A stretch of DNA of 64,000 nt from Octopus vulgaris (GCA_951406725.2 OX597836.1:13020001-13084000); one strand, 5' to 3'. Counted from the stretch's first letter, positions 42,326 to 56,777 are shown. Program-made: numbers and translations. Notes: generated by a model not told the origin, from the letters alone.

Positions 42326-43375
42326 CTATCCATATGGTATATTTATATTCGACATTTTAAATTTAGCCTTGTGCCTACATAAGTTCATTAATTCACTTCT
42401 TTGATTCAAAGAATTATTGTCTTTGAATAATATATGCATTTTTTCTAATAAGCAAAGCCTGCACTTGAAATTATATTTGTAAGCTCCATGCCTGTATGGT
42501 GCCGCCCTGTCCAGAATGCTCCATGTCACGTTGAAAGGTGGGGCTTCCTTTTCTTTTAGTTCCCAGACATATTTTGCTAGGCTGGTTTTCTTTCTATTCT
42601 CTGGGTATTTAAAAGAATTCTTATGAGAATAAAATCTTGTTTTAAATGAATTTTCTGAAGCCCCTGTGTATGTCTTGTATTCCGATGAGCCTTCCACTTG
42701 CACCTTGGCTCTATAAACTACTCCTTTCACTAGACATTTCCCTTCTAACGGACAGGAGCTTTCGTTTTTGCAATTACATTTCTTAATGGGCTCGGCACCA
42801 TGTCTAATCTCAATTAGCTTCCTATTATGTTGGCTAATGTAAGAGGCGAAATTTCTGCAACAAGAATAGCTAACCTTCAGGGTTCTTCTATTAAATATTC
42901 TGTAGAATTTATGACCCTGCCTAAAATGCTTAGAGACTAATCTCAAAAATTCCTTACCTATATTAGTCTTTACGGCCAAATTGAAAGCCGGGTTGAACCA
43001 CAAAACTTTCCTAGTCCTAGTTCTTCGTGCAGCATTATTATTAGCATTAAGCTGGTTGAACTGGATCTTCTCCGAGAATCCACTATTCTTTAATGCGCTA
43101 TCGTAATAAGGTGCAGCATTATGGAATGCTGCCTCGTCCGAAGAAATTGAAGATATTCTTCTACCTACATTGCTGACTAAGTTGCTAAGGATAACTGGTG
43201 GATGGTTCGAATCTTTGCTAATATACGATAGCTTTTCATTGGGCTTACGGAAAGGTTTAAATCTATCCGATCTTACATTAAAATTTACGTCTAAAAAGTC
43301 TACACTATTCAGGTTAGTATCTATCGTAATCCGTAAGCCCATCCTTTGAAAGAAAGCTATAAGGTCCTTCCTAAG
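42326..43375 (-). pseudogene. PLE polyprotein C-terminal part: RT thumb, CxC-x5-C-x5-C linker, GIY-YIG endonuclease (5'-truncated, frame open)
   Basis: VDFLDVNF...FRKPN...SNHPP...RRISSISS...WFNPAF...CNCKNESSCPLEGKC...GVVYRAKV...YTGASENSFKTRFYSH...CRLCLLEK...LNQRSEL..CRH. The frame extends 11 codons upstream of the ATG to the inversion junction. No YxDD motif is present. Confidence 0.9.
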
Positions 43376-43376
43376 T

Positions 43377-43964
43377 CATAAATTCTACAGAATATTTAAT
43401 AGAAGAACCCTGAAGGTTAGCTATTCTTGTTGCAGAAATTTCGCCTCTTACATTAGCCAACATAATAGGAAGCTAATTGAGATTAGACATGGTGCCGAGC
43501 CCATTAAGAAATGTAATTTCAAAAACGAAAGCTCCTGTCCGTTAGAAGGGAAATGTCTAGTGAAAGGAGTAGTTTATAGAGCCAAGGTGCAAGTGGAAGG
43601 CTCATCGGAATACAAGACATACACAGGGGCTTCAGAAAATTCATTTAAAACAAGATTTTATTCTCATAAGAATTCTTTTAAATACCCAGAGAATAGAAAG
43701 AAAACCAGCCTAGCAAAATATGTCTGGGAACTAAAAGAAAAGGAAGCCCCACCTTTCAACGTGACATGGAGCATTCTGGACAGGGCGGCACCATACAGGC
43801 ATGGAGCTTACAAATATAATTTCAAGTGCAGGCTTTGCTTATTAGAAAAAATGCATATATTATTCAAAGACAATAATTCTTTGAATCAAAGAAGTGAATT
43901 AATGAACTTATGTAGGCACAAGGCTAAATTTAAAATGTCGAATATAAATATACCATATGGATAG
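43377..43964 (+). pseudogene. Inverted partial copy of PLE ORF (linker plus complete GIY-YIG domain)
   Basis: Open frame from HKFYRIFNRR to NIPYG*, matching the minus-strand protein (CNF instead of CNC in this copy). Confidence 0.88.
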
Positions 43965-44992
43965 AGTATATATTTTGTATTTTGATTTTTTGATTTTGAC
44001 TTTGACTCTTGAGAGCTACAACGGACCTATAGCAAAGTCTTATTGTTTCTACATATATATTAGGAAAACCTACAAACTTTGTTTTCATGTTATTGTATTG
44101 CATAAGATTACCTTGATTATTTATATTACCTTGATTATTTATAAATGACCCAAAATAGGATGTTATATTTTATTTTATAGGTCTTTCGTATATATTTTTA
44201 TTAATGCACCCATTTTTTTTTTTTTTTTTAATTTTTTTTTAAAAGCAATGTTTTTTTATAAAAAAAGCAATGTTGTCAAATTTAGAATGTTTATATAAGT
44301 TTGTGTATAGCAAAGCATATGTATTTGTAAGCATGCGTATCTGTGTATGTGTGAGTGAAAGTATGCTTGTGCTTAAGCACACAATATACACGACGGTATG
44401 TATATGTATCAATTCAAACTTGTGTATGTATACAGGCCTCTATAGATGCCAAATAACATAGCTACAGGTTTTTCCCCACCCCTCCTCCGTTCCTTTTTCT
44501 CTTTCCCTTTCTTTCGTTCCCCTCCTTGCTCAGTATATGAGAATTGCTACATAGATGAATTTTAGCTTGCGTGCGAGACGGTTTGCGTGAATATATGTAC
44601 ACATGCTTTTATGTGTATAATTTAGATTCATATTCATACGTCTGTATGTGTATGTATGGCGTTTACGCGCATCCTTTTGTGTATGTTGATATATATATGT
44701 GGATTTTAATATAAATATGTATTGCAGTATTTATAACAGGTTTAATTTCTATGCATTAATTTGTACTGTCTTCATTAACGGCAACAGGTTTTTTCCTCGG
44801 TATTTTCCTCGGATTTTATAATTTTTATAAGTTTTTATATATATATACATATATTTTTGACCTTTTTGTTTATCGCTCGAAGATTGACCGTTTTTTCTAA
44901 AGGGCCAATCAAACAAGTCCATTTCTTTTTAAAGGTGTAGCGTTTGTAAGAGTATAGATTGAATTAATATATATGTTCCATTCTAGCAAAAA

Positions 44993-45030
44993 CTGTCTGA
45001 TGAACGGCAACGAGAAACTCAGAGTAACAG
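44993..45030 (+). ncRNA. Type I hammerhead ribozyme motif (copy 57529-57566)
   Basis: Stem I CTGT/ACAG; intact core CTGATGA; short stem II aCG-GCAA-CGa; GAAA; stem III ACTC-a-GAGT; cleavage triplet GUA. Confidence 0.7.
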
Positions 45031-45062
45031 ATTTTGTTGAATTTTCTGCTGCTTAAAATAAA

Positions 45063-45098
<36 letters not shown>

Positions 45099-45740
45099 AA
45101 AACAAACCGGTCATAAAAACAAACAAAAAATAGTGTAATAGGCGTAAAACAAATTCCTCTAAACGAATATGACTCAAAAAATCGCGCTCGCGAAAGGGGG
45201 ATGGGGGAGAGGAATCGGAAAATTTACATCGGGAATGTTACGTGCCTGACCCGGGCACAAAAAACACTTAAATATCTATAAACCGTTTATGATGAACACA
45301 TGCACACACACACACACATTTTCGCCCCTTGTGGGTAATAATAAAACAACACACACACACATTTTATGAATGACTTGACACCAAGGTTTGTTTTTTTACA
45401 ATAAAGAAGACGCATGCGCAAACGAGTGTTATAGCTACTACTATTTACTACAAGTGAATTGCTACAGTGTTGAGTCGCGTGTTTTTGGGTCTCCTAAAAC
45501 TGGTAAGTTTTGAGGTTTTTCATTTCTTTTTATTTTTTTTACATCCACAATGATACGAGTTTATAGCATCCACATTCTGATAAATTTCCTCAAAATGGCA
45601 AAAACTAAATAACTTACGACCGGACGAAATAATGTGCAGTACGTATATCGAAATTTCGCCAGAGACCGGGTCAAACGCTTTAGTGTGGTTAAGCTGAAGG
45701 AAAATATTTTACAGGCATTTAGCTGGTATTTCTAGCGAAG

Positions 45741-46311
45741 CTGAGCAGATTGGAATTGAAAAGAAAAAAGATGGAAAACTGAAATCTAACGGGTGGGGGT
45801 GACTTTTTCAGAACAAAAAAAAAAAAAAAGTGTGGTTAAGCTGAAGGAAAATATTTTACAGCTGGTATTTTTACAGCTGGTATTTCTAGCGATTGTGTAA
45901 GCTTGACGTGCAACACTTGGTCGAAGCACATTAGGCGAAATCGCGTGCTTTGTAGTGGTCTTGTAACGAAAGATCGCCCCAGGCATTTAGCTGTTATTTC
46001 TAGCGATTGTGTAAGCTTGACGTGCAACACTTGGTCGAAGCACATTAGGCGAAATCGCGTGCTTTGTAGTGGTCTTGTAACGAAAGATCGCCCCAGGCAT
46101 TTAGCTGTTATTTCTAGCGATTGTGTAAGCTTGACGTGCAACACTTGGTCGAAAGCACATTAAACGAAATCGTGTATAATTTGTAGTGGTCTTGTAACAA
46201 AGATCGCCTTCGTTACAAGATCACTACAAATCACACGCGATTTCGTTCTGAAAAAGTCACCACCCGTTAGATTTCAGTTTTCTTTTTTCTTTTCAATTCT
46301 AATGTACTCAG
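45741..46311. repeat. ~70-bp inverted repeats enclosing ~2.9 copies of a 114-bp tandem repeat (45881-46208); copy ~58270-58840
   Basis: GAATTGAAAAG...CTGAAATCTAACGGGTGG..TGACTTTTTCAGAAC mirrors GTTCTGAAAAAGTCACCACCCGTTAGATTTCAG...TTCAATTC. The ORF track shows a 38-aa periodicity. Confidence 0.85.
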
Positions 46312-48124
46312 CCTACGCAAACTCACCTACCTACCTACCTACCTATATTTCTCTCTATCCGACTCCATTGTCTTGGAATCTCACCCCTCCCCCAAAACAA
46401 TGTTTTCTTATGGAAAACTCCCCCACCCCAAATCAATGTTATCTTTCTGGAAAAAACCCCGCCAAATCATCTGAGTTGAAATGAAAGTTAGTATAAAGAA
46501 GACGCATGCGCAAACGAGTGAGTGGCGGGTTTTTGAACAAGTGTTGAGTGGCGTGTTTTTGGGTCTCCTAAAACTGGTAAGTTTTGAGGTTTTTTATTTA
46601 TTTATATTTTTTTACATCCACAATGAAACGAGTTTATAGCATCCACATTCTGATAAATTTCGCGCGCGTTTGCGACGATGAAAAACCGCCACTTCCGTAA
46701 GTTTCCTCGCTCACTCGATGGAGAAGGGATCGGGCCGTCGCCGAGCGGTGGTTCATTATCTGGTGCGAAGCGCGCGGTGCATGTCGAGCGCCTTTAGCGG
46801 GCGCCGACGCAGCCGATGCGCGACCCTTAGTCGAGAACAGTGCCGTTCAAACCGGAAAGATCTGAGAAAGCTAATGGCTTGTGCGTGCGTGCTTGTTTCT
46901 GTGTGTGTGTGTGTGTGTTGTTTTTTTTTTGTTTATATATTTATATGTTGTTGAATGTAGAAATAACACACATACATGTACACACACACAGACACGCCTA
47001 CACACTCTCCTAAATACTCACATACATACGTAAGCACATAAGTACATACATACATACATACATACATACATACATGCATACGCACGTACATGTACACACA
47101 TACATACGTAAGCACATAAGGCTGATGAAATTACTCTAAAATTGCGATCTTTCGTCTCTAGTAGACCTTTCCTCCATGTTATTTCTTTATTAAAAGAAAT
47201 AACATGGTCTCTAGTAGACCTTTCCTCCATGTTATTTCTTTATTAAAAGAAATAACATGGTCTCTAGTAGACCTTTCCTCCATGTTATTTCTTTATTAAA
47301 AGAAATAACATGGAGGAAAGGTCTACTAGAACTTTTCAAAATTTTCGCTGCGTTAGTTTTGAATTATGACATTGGGCTATGTGTGTGTCAAGTTTCATCA
47401 GAATCGGTTGAAAGCCGTGGTCAGGGTGAGGGTACAAGCAAACAGACACACAGAAACACGCACAGACAAACTGCCGTTTATATATAGAGAGATAAAATAA
47501 ATGACTCGAAATAATGCAAACAATGAATTTGGTGAATTCCCTGTCGACATGTTGTCTTGTTGAGAAGAGAAAGCTAATGGGTTGTGCGTACGTGCTTGTT
47601 TCTCTCTCTCTCTCTCTCTCTCTGTGTTGTTTTTCTGTTTTTTTAAAAATTTTATTTATGTTGTGGAATGTAGGGATCTTTTCGGTTTGACCGGCAGTTT
47701 TTAAAAATAATTTCCACGTAACTAAACACTTTTAAACTTCGTATACTGATAGAATGTGTTTATAAAACATCTTTTTCTCTTGGCTTTATTGTGAAAATCC
47801 TATGGTTTCTAAGATATTTGTTGTTGTTTTTTTTCTTCAATTTCTGCAATTTCAACTAATCAATGACGTCTATTGAGGTGAAAACATTCTGTGCCGTATG
47901 AATATGTCCCTCGTTTAAGAAACAGATTGGGTTTATTTCCATTTGTGAAGAAAAAAAGATACCCTTCCCCCCACCCCTAACCCTAACTAACCCTAAAACA
48001 GAGTGAAATGCAATAGATCGATACTAGGGTCATAATTATGAGTGACAATTTCATATGACACCGCTAGAAAAAACTGCCGTTCAAACCGAAAATATCCGGG
48101 ATGCTAATGGCTTGTGCGTGCTTG

Positions 48125-48160
<36 letters not shown>

Positions 48161-49688
48161 GTTTTGTTTATTTATTTATATGTTGTTGAATGTAGAAATA
48201 ACACACAGAGGAGCAAAGGAGCACACATACACACACACACATACACACACATACATACACACACATACACACATATACACACACATACACACACACGCAC
48301 AAACACATACACACACACACATACACACACACATATACACACGCACACACACATACACACACACACACACACAAACACACACATACACACACACACAGAG
48401 GAACAAGCACGCACGCACAATTCATCAGCTTCTCGACAATATAGGACGGTCAGGGAAATCCCCGAATTCAACGTTTACAAATAATAAAAAATAATACATG
48501 GCGCAGGAGTGGCTGTGTGGTAAGTAGCTTGCATACCAGACAGACGTGTGGTTTTTTGCTGTTTAAACATGTTGAAGAGGTTTATTACCTCCTCTGAAAA
48601 AATGTAATTTGAACATTCTGATCATTTTTGAACATTTTTGAACATTTTACTAAATGTATTCATTGAACATTGTCTTAGAGAAGCGGGGGTCGGCGGGCGC
48701 TTTCGTCTTCTCCCATCATCATCTTCACTTCATCACCATCATTCATTAATGTCTATGTCCAGCCCGTAGCTACTATCTGTGTACTGCCCTTGTGGCAAAT
48801 TAAATAAAATAAAGTAGCTTGCTAAACAACCACATGGTTCCGGGTTCAGTCCCACTGCGTGGCATCTTGGGCTAGTGTCTTCTGCTATAGCCCCGGGCCG
48901 ACCAATGCCTTGTGAGTGGATTTGGTAGACGGAAACTGAAAGAAGCCTGTTGTATATATGTGTATATATATATATATGTATATATGTATGTGTATGTATG
49001 TTTGTGTGTCTGTGTTTGTCCCCCTAGCTTTGCTTGACAACCGATGCTGGTGTGTTTACGTCCCCGTCACTTAGCGGTTCGGCAAAAGAGACCGATAGAA
49101 TAAGTACTGGGCTTACAAAAGAATAAGTCCCGGGGTCGATTTCCTCGACTAAAGGCGGTGCTCCAGCATGGCCGCAGTCAAATGACTGAAACAAGTAAAA
49201 GAGTAAAGTAAATAAAACACAAAGTAAGGATCGACTAGTCACGACTAGCTAGCGCGGCTACGCGAGTACTGTATTTTTGTGTTATACTCTCTCTTTCTCT
49301 CTTTTACTTGTTTCAGTCATTTGACTGTGGCCATGCTGGAGCACCACCATTTCAGTCGAGCAAATCAACCCCAGGACTTATTCTTTGTAAGCCTAGTACT
49401 TATTCTATCGGTCTCTCTTTTGCTGAACCGCTAAGTTACATGGACGTAAGCACACCAGCATCGGTTGGTTGTCAAGCGATGTAGGGGGGACAAACACAGA
49501 CACACAAACATATACACACACAAACATATACACACACATGCATAGTGGATCTTTTCTTTTTGAAGGCCAGATTTTCCTAGTTAACTAAAAAATTTGAAAC
49601 TTCGTATACTGGTAGAATGTGTCAAAAGAAAACATTATCTATCTATCTATCTATCCATCCATCATCTATCTCTCTATCTATCTATCTC

Positions 49689-49754
<66 letters not shown>

Positions 49755-50604
49755 AACCTATCTGCCTATCTACCTACCTATATTTCTCTCTATCCGTCTC
49801 CATTGTCTTGGAATCTCACCCCGCCCCCAAAACAATGTTCTCTTCTGGACAAAACCCCGCAAAATAATCTGATTTATATAAATAAACAAGCTGTTTGTAC
49901 ATTCACAGAATTGTATTTGACAAATACTAGAGAGGAACGAAAGCGCTAATAATAATGAAGAAATAAAAAGATTTTTTCCCCTCAATATTCAATTCCGTAC
50001 ATATCACACCTAACACTATATATATATATATATATATATAAGATAAGAAAATGGAGAAATACATCAAAATCAAATATCAATTACCAGATAATACTCAATC
50101 ACATACTTTATTAAACCACCACATAAGAGACTGTAGGGTTAAATATAAAAAGCAGAACAAATCAAAAGTATGTCATTGAGAATTATCTGGTAATTGATAT
50201 TTGATTTAGATGTATTTCTCCATTTTCTTATCTTGTATTAGTAATTTGTGGTAAATCATTTTACCTTTGCCCATATAATACAGTAAATGAATTAATTGCA
50301 TCGCAATCATTAACATTTATGTATTAACTTTGTTGGGTACTTCACTAGCAGTATATTGGATATACGTTATCCCATAGACAACCCCTATCTCAGATCGCCA
50401 TGTTGATTCGTTAGCTACTGCACGCATTTTTTTCTCTCCTTCTTTCTGTGTTTTTTTTCTCTCTGTGTATCTTTCTGTTGAAGAGCGTAGGCTCGAAACG
50501 TTAAAGACTTGTTTTATCTATATTTCCTGAGCGCCATACTAATACAATTGTTCGTTTGTTTTCCACCTGCCTTCGTCTTTTGTCTATTTTCATAAAGCTT
50601 CCCG

Positions 50605-50658
<54 letters not shown>

Positions 50659-51138
50659 CGTTTCTTCTATTATTCAATTTCTTTAGTTCATTGTGAAAAG
50701 ATACTTTTGCTATGCTTGTCAAGTAATGACCTCTGTCACTCAGTCTGATAATCTTCCCAGCGGTATTTTCAGAGGCTTGGCCTCCGAATCTTGTGAGCTT
50801 CACAAATACTGTTGCCAGGAGCGGGTTAAGACTCGCAGACGAACTCAGCACTAAAAAGATTTCCGTGCCCACCACATACGAGGTAGTCGTTAGCAATTTT
50901 TTTCCCTCTGTCTTCCCTTCTCTGGATCTTTCCTTCTATGTTTCCGACGAAGAGCTCCGCTCGAAACGTTTAAGCCCCCTTCTTTCCTGAGCGTCCAATA
51001 ATACTATATTTGTTCCACGTCCTCGCGTTGTTGTGTTTTTTGGTGCTTTCTTGTTTGGATTAACTTTATATATATATATATTATATATATATATATAAAG
51101 TTAATCCAAACAAGAAAGCACCAAAAAACACAACAACG

Positions 51139-51208
<70 letters not shown>

Positions 51209-53311
51209 ATATCTATATATATATATCTATATATATATATATATATATTAGAAGGTTTGGAGATGATGTACAGGTATTTTATATTAGAAGAAATGAGGTA
51301 CTCAGAAATCCGGATGGTTTTATATTTACAGATATTTATTTGTATATTACATGTTTTTATACATCATATAACTTAGATCATGTATTAGCGCTTTCTCCCA
51401 TTCTAGTGGGCTTTGATTTGAAAACCCCACTAGAATGGGAGAAAGCGCTAATACATGATCTAAGTTATATGATGTATAAAAACATGTAATATACAAATAA
51501 ATATCTGTAAATATAAAACCATCCGGATTTCTGAGTACCTCATTTCTTCTAATATATATATATAAAGATATAAATGAATAGAAATAGTTAGTGAGAGTGG
51601 TATGATATTTAAGAATGTGGATGTATATGAACTAGGGCTCTTCCTGGCCCTGACGTGTACCAATGAATACCTATCGCGCAATAACCTTCTATATGCTTGT
51701 CCCACCCGTAACAAACGAGGTAGACCACCTACCATTACCTCAGCATACAGGAAGACTCACTGTGAACGCTGGCAGGGATGGACGAAGCCGGACTACCCAC
51801 CTTCAAGTGCACACGACATTAGAACCACCATCGCACATGCTATCGGTGTCAGCCTGAGAATGACGCTTAAAACACATATGTTAAAGTTTGGCAACAAACT
51901 GTATAAGCAGACGAAAGGCTGTATACTGTATCGTATTATGTATGTATGTGTGTGTGGGTGTGCGTATGTATGTTTATGCGTGTGTGTAATAGGACATATG
52001 TATGTAGAAGTGGATAAGAATACATATACTCTTTACTCTTTTACTTGTTTCAATCATTTGACTGCGGCCATGCTGGAGCACCGCCTTTAGTCGAGCAAAT
52101 CGACCCCGGGACTTATTCTTTTGTAAGCCCAGTACTTATTCTATCAGTCTCTAAGTGACGGGGACGTAAACACACCAGCATGCTAGGGGGACAAACACAG
52201 ATACACAAACACACACACACATACATATATACATATATACGACAGGCTTCTTTCAGTTTCCGTCTACCAAATCCACTCACAAGGCATTGGTCGGCCCGGG
52301 GCTATAGCATAAGACACTTGCCCATGTGGTTGTATAGCAAGCTACTTACCACACAGCCACTCCTGCGCCTATGAGCATTTTAAGATTATATGTATATTTA
52401 TGGGTGTGTCTATGATTGTGTGTACTTGCATATACGTATATGGTTCTATGTGCACAGTTGCACCTAAACGTTGTATCCATTCACAGTTCGACGATGAAGA
52501 GAGGAACAAACACACACCCACACATATATATATGTGTGCGTCTATACAAACATATATGTGTGTATACATACAACCTTCAACAAAGTAACAGTCATGTACA
52601 CAACTTGGACGGACACATACCAGTACACGGACATACGTTCACATACACATGTACACACACACACAGACGCGTCTGCCCATTCTCCTAGATACTCACATAC
52701 ATACGTAGCACATGAGTACAAACATACATACATACCTACGTATGGGCATACACACGTACATACGCATGTACATGTACGCACACACATACATGGGCACATG
52801 CATACGTGCGCGTACACATACATACACACATGCGCACGTACGTGCATGCATACATACATACATACATACATACATACATACGTATACATATTTAACCTGA
52901 ACTAACTAGATGTAAGGGCGGAGAAAAAAATAGTTATAGTAAAACAAAAGTTTTGTGATATAGAGATAAATGTCTGATAATAGGTTTTAGATTTTTTTTG
53001 GGGGGGGGGGGGTGAAGGTCGTAATTCACTTCATAGTTTCGGCGGGGGAGGTTGAAATTTGATATTATTGTGATGAGTGGTCAGTCTACATCTATCCATC
53101 ACTACAGGTTTATAGCTTTATGTTTATAGTGTGTATGTTAATTTACGCCGTTTCTTTACGTACCACCACGCTGTTAGGTTTATAAAACAATTGAAGTTCA
53201 GTTTAAAGTTTATAAATAAATATATTCTTGCAGTGTGTGTATATGTGGCTATATGTCTGACTAATGTGTGTGTGTCTGTATTTATTGTATGTGTGTATAA
53301 GATGTCTAAAC

Positions 53312-53348
<37 letters not shown>

Positions 53349-54570
53349 AAAAGCAATAAAGATTCAAGTTAATTTAAATGAATTTACTTGAATATGGTAC
53401 CTAACTTAGATGCACCAAAAAAAAACTATACTGATTTAACAATACAGTAATGTGGGGTGATTATAAGCGAGAATGAAGCAACAAGAATGGATAGGTTTTA
53501 GTACGATCGTTTCATACAAGGACAGGTTTTATTAAAAGTTGCAAAAATTACAGCATATAAACGTTTATATGCTGTAATTTTTGCAACTTTTAATAAAACC
53601 TGTCCTTGTATGAAACGATCGTACTAAAACCTATCCATTCTTGTTGCTTCATTCTCGTATATATATATATATATATATACCGGAGTAAACACATAAATGT
53701 GAAACAAGGTGGAAAAAGAGTACTCAAATACCAGTGGTAGAGTAATATGCTTTATTTTAAGCAGCAGAAAATTCAACAAAATCTGTTACTCTGAGTTTCT
53801 CGTTGCCGTTCATCAGACAGTTTTTGCTAGAATGGAACATATATATTAATTCAATCTATACTCTTACAAACGCTACACCTTTAAAAGAAATGGACTTGTT
53901 TGATTGGCCCTTTAGAAAAAACGGTCAATCTTCGAGCGATAAACAAAAAGGTCAAAAATATATGTATATATATATAAAAACTTATAAAAATTATAAAATC
54001 CGAGGAAAATACCGAGGAAAAAAACCTGTTGCCGTTAATGAAGACAGTACAAATTAATGCATAGAAATTAAACCTGTTATAAATACTGCAATACATATTT
54101 ATATTAAAATCCACATATATATATCAACATACACAAAAGGATGCGCGTAAACGCCATACATACACATACAGACGTATGAATATGAATCTAAATTATACAC
54201 ATAAAAGCATGTGTACATATATTCACGCAAACCGTCTCGCACGCAAGCTAAAATTCATCTATGTAGCAATTCTCATATACTGAGCAAGGAGGGGGAACGA
54301 AAGAAAGGGAAAGAGAGAAAAAGGAACGGAGGAGGGGTGGGGGAAAAACCTGTAGCTATGTTATTTGGCATCTATAGAGGCCTGTATACATACACAAGTT
54401 TGAATTGATACATATACATACCGTCGTGTATATGTGTGCTTAAGCACAAGCATACTTTCACTCACACATACACAGATACGCATGCTTACAAATACATATG
54501 CTTTGCTATACACAAACTTATATAAACATTCTAAATTTGACAACATTGCTTTTTTTATAAAAAAACATTG

Positions 54571-54606
<36 letters not shown>

Positions 54607-54852
54607 GTGCATTAATAAAAATATATACGAAAGACCTATAAAATAAAATATAACATCCTATTTTGGGTCATTTATAAATAATCAAGGTAATATAAATAAT
54701 CAAGGTAATCTTATGCAATACAATAACATGAAAACAAAGTTTGTAGGTTTTTCCTAATATATATGTAGAAACAATAAGACTTTGCTATAGGTCCGTTGTA
54801 GCTCTCAAGAGTCAAAATCAAAATCAAAAAATCAAAATACAAAATATATACT

Positions 54853-55902
54853 CTATCCATATGGTATATTTATATTCGACATTTTAAATTTAGCCTTGTG
54901 CCTACATAAGTTCATTAATTCACTTCTTTGATTCAAAGAATTATTGTCTTTGAATAATATATGCATTTTTTCTAATAAGCAAAGCCTGCACTTGAAATTA
55001 TATTTGTAAGCTCCATGCCTGTATGGTGCCGCCCTGTCCAGAATGCTCCATGTCACGTTGAAAGGTGGGGCTTCCTTTTCTTTTAGTTCCCAGACATATT
55101 TTGCTAGGCTGGTTTTCTTTCTATTCTCTGGGTATTTAAAAGAATTCTTATGAGAATAAAATCTTGTTTTAAATGAATTTTCTGAAGCCCCTGTGTATGT
55201 CTTGTATTCCGATGAGCCTTCCACTTGCACCTTGGCTCTATAAACTACTCCTTTCACTAGACATTTCCCTTCTAACGGACAGGAGCTTTCGTTTTTGCAA
55301 TTACATTTCTTAATGGGCTCGGCACCATGTCTAATCTCAATTAGCTTCCTATTATGTTGGCTAATGTAAGAGGCGAAATTTCTGCAACAAGAATAGCTAA
55401 CCTTCAGGGTTCTTCTATTAAATATTCTGTAGAATTTATGACCCTGCCTAAAATGCTTAGAGACTAATCTCAAAAATTCCTTACCTATATTAGTCTTTAC
55501 GGCCAAATTGAAAGCCGGGTTGAACCACAAAACTTTCCTAGTCCTAGTTCTTCGTGCAGCATTATTATTAGCATTAAGCTGGTTGAACTGGATCTTCTCC
55601 GAGAATCCACTATTCTTTAATGCGCTATCGTAATAAGGTGCAGCATTATGGAATGCTGCCTCGTCCGAAGAAATTGAAGATATTCTTCTACCTACATTGC
55701 TGACTAAGTTGCTAAGGATAACTGGTGGATGGTTCGAATCTTTGCTAATATACGATAGCTTTTCATTGGGCTTACGGAAAGGTTTAAATCTATCCGATCT
55801 TACATTAAAATTTACGTCTAAAAAGTCTACACTATTCAGGTTAGTATCTATCGTAATCCGTAAGCCCATCCTTTGAAAGAAAGCTATAAGGTCCTTCCTA
55901 AG
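54853..55902 (-). pseudogene. PLE RT thumb plus GIY-YIG ORF, copy 2
   Basis: 338-aa translation identical to 42326-43342. Confidence 0.9.
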
Positions 55903-55903
55903 T

Positions 55904-56491
55904 CATAAATTCTACAGAATATTTAATAGAAGAACCCTGAAGGTTAGCTATTCTTGTTGCAGAAATTTCGCCTCTTACATTAGCCAACATAATAGGAAGC
56001 TAATTGAGATTAGACATGGTGCCGAGCCCATTAAGAAATGTAATTGCAAAAACGAAAGCTCCTGTCCGTTAGAAGGGAAATGTCTAGTGAAAGGAGTAGT
56101 TTATAGAGCCAAGGTGCAAGTGGAAGGCTCATCGGAATACAAGACATACACAGGGGCTTCAGAAAATTCATTTAAAACAAGATTTTATTCTCATAAGAAT
56201 TCTTTTAAATACCCAGAGAATAGAAAGAAAACCAGCCTAGCAAAATATGTCTGGGAACTAAAAGAAAAGGAAGCCCCACCTTTCAACGTGACATGGAGCA
56301 TTCTGGACAGGGCGGCACCATACAGGCATGGAGCTTACAAATATAATTTCAAGTGCAGGCTTTGCTTATTAGAAAAAATGCATATATTATTCAAAGACAA
56401 TAATTCTTTGAATCAAAGAAGTGAATTAATGAACTTATGTAGGCACAAGGCTAAATTTAAAATGTCGAATATAAATATACCATATGGATAG
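55904..56491 (+). pseudogene. Inverted partial PLE ORF (linker plus GIY-YIG), copy 2
   Basis: Matches 43377-43964 and retains CNC. Confidence 0.88.
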
Positions 56492-56737
56492 AGTATATAT
56501 TTTGTATTTTGATTTTTTGATTTTGACTTTGACTCTTGAGAGCTACAACGGACCTATAGCAAAGTCTTATTGTTTCTACATATATATTAGGAAAAACCTA
56601 CAAACTTTGTTTTCATGTTATTGTATTGCATAAGATTACCTTGATTATTTATATTACCTTGATTATTTATAAATGACCCAAAATAGGATGTTATATTTTA
56701 TTTTATAGGTCTTTCGTATATATTTTTATTAATGCAC

Positions 56738-56777
<40 letters not shown>

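Larger units (their letters stand above)
41151..45063. mobile_element. Penelope-like element: 5'-truncated minus-strand copy joined head-to-head to an inverted partial copy, between (TA)n tracts
   Basis: Arms 41223-42915 and 43375-45063 are reverse complements around a ~460-bp spacer. Both carry GIY-YIG coding sequence and a hammerhead motif. Confidence 0.92.

Noticed and set aside
42326-43342. Functional host gene or autonomous retroelement
   Set aside because: The frame is cut by the inversion junction upstream and lacks the catalytic RT motifs. The ATG is an internal methionine.
45836-46163. 38-aa repeat proteins on both strands
   Set aside because: A by-product of a 114-bp (multiple of 3) tandem repeat, with no independent coding evidence.
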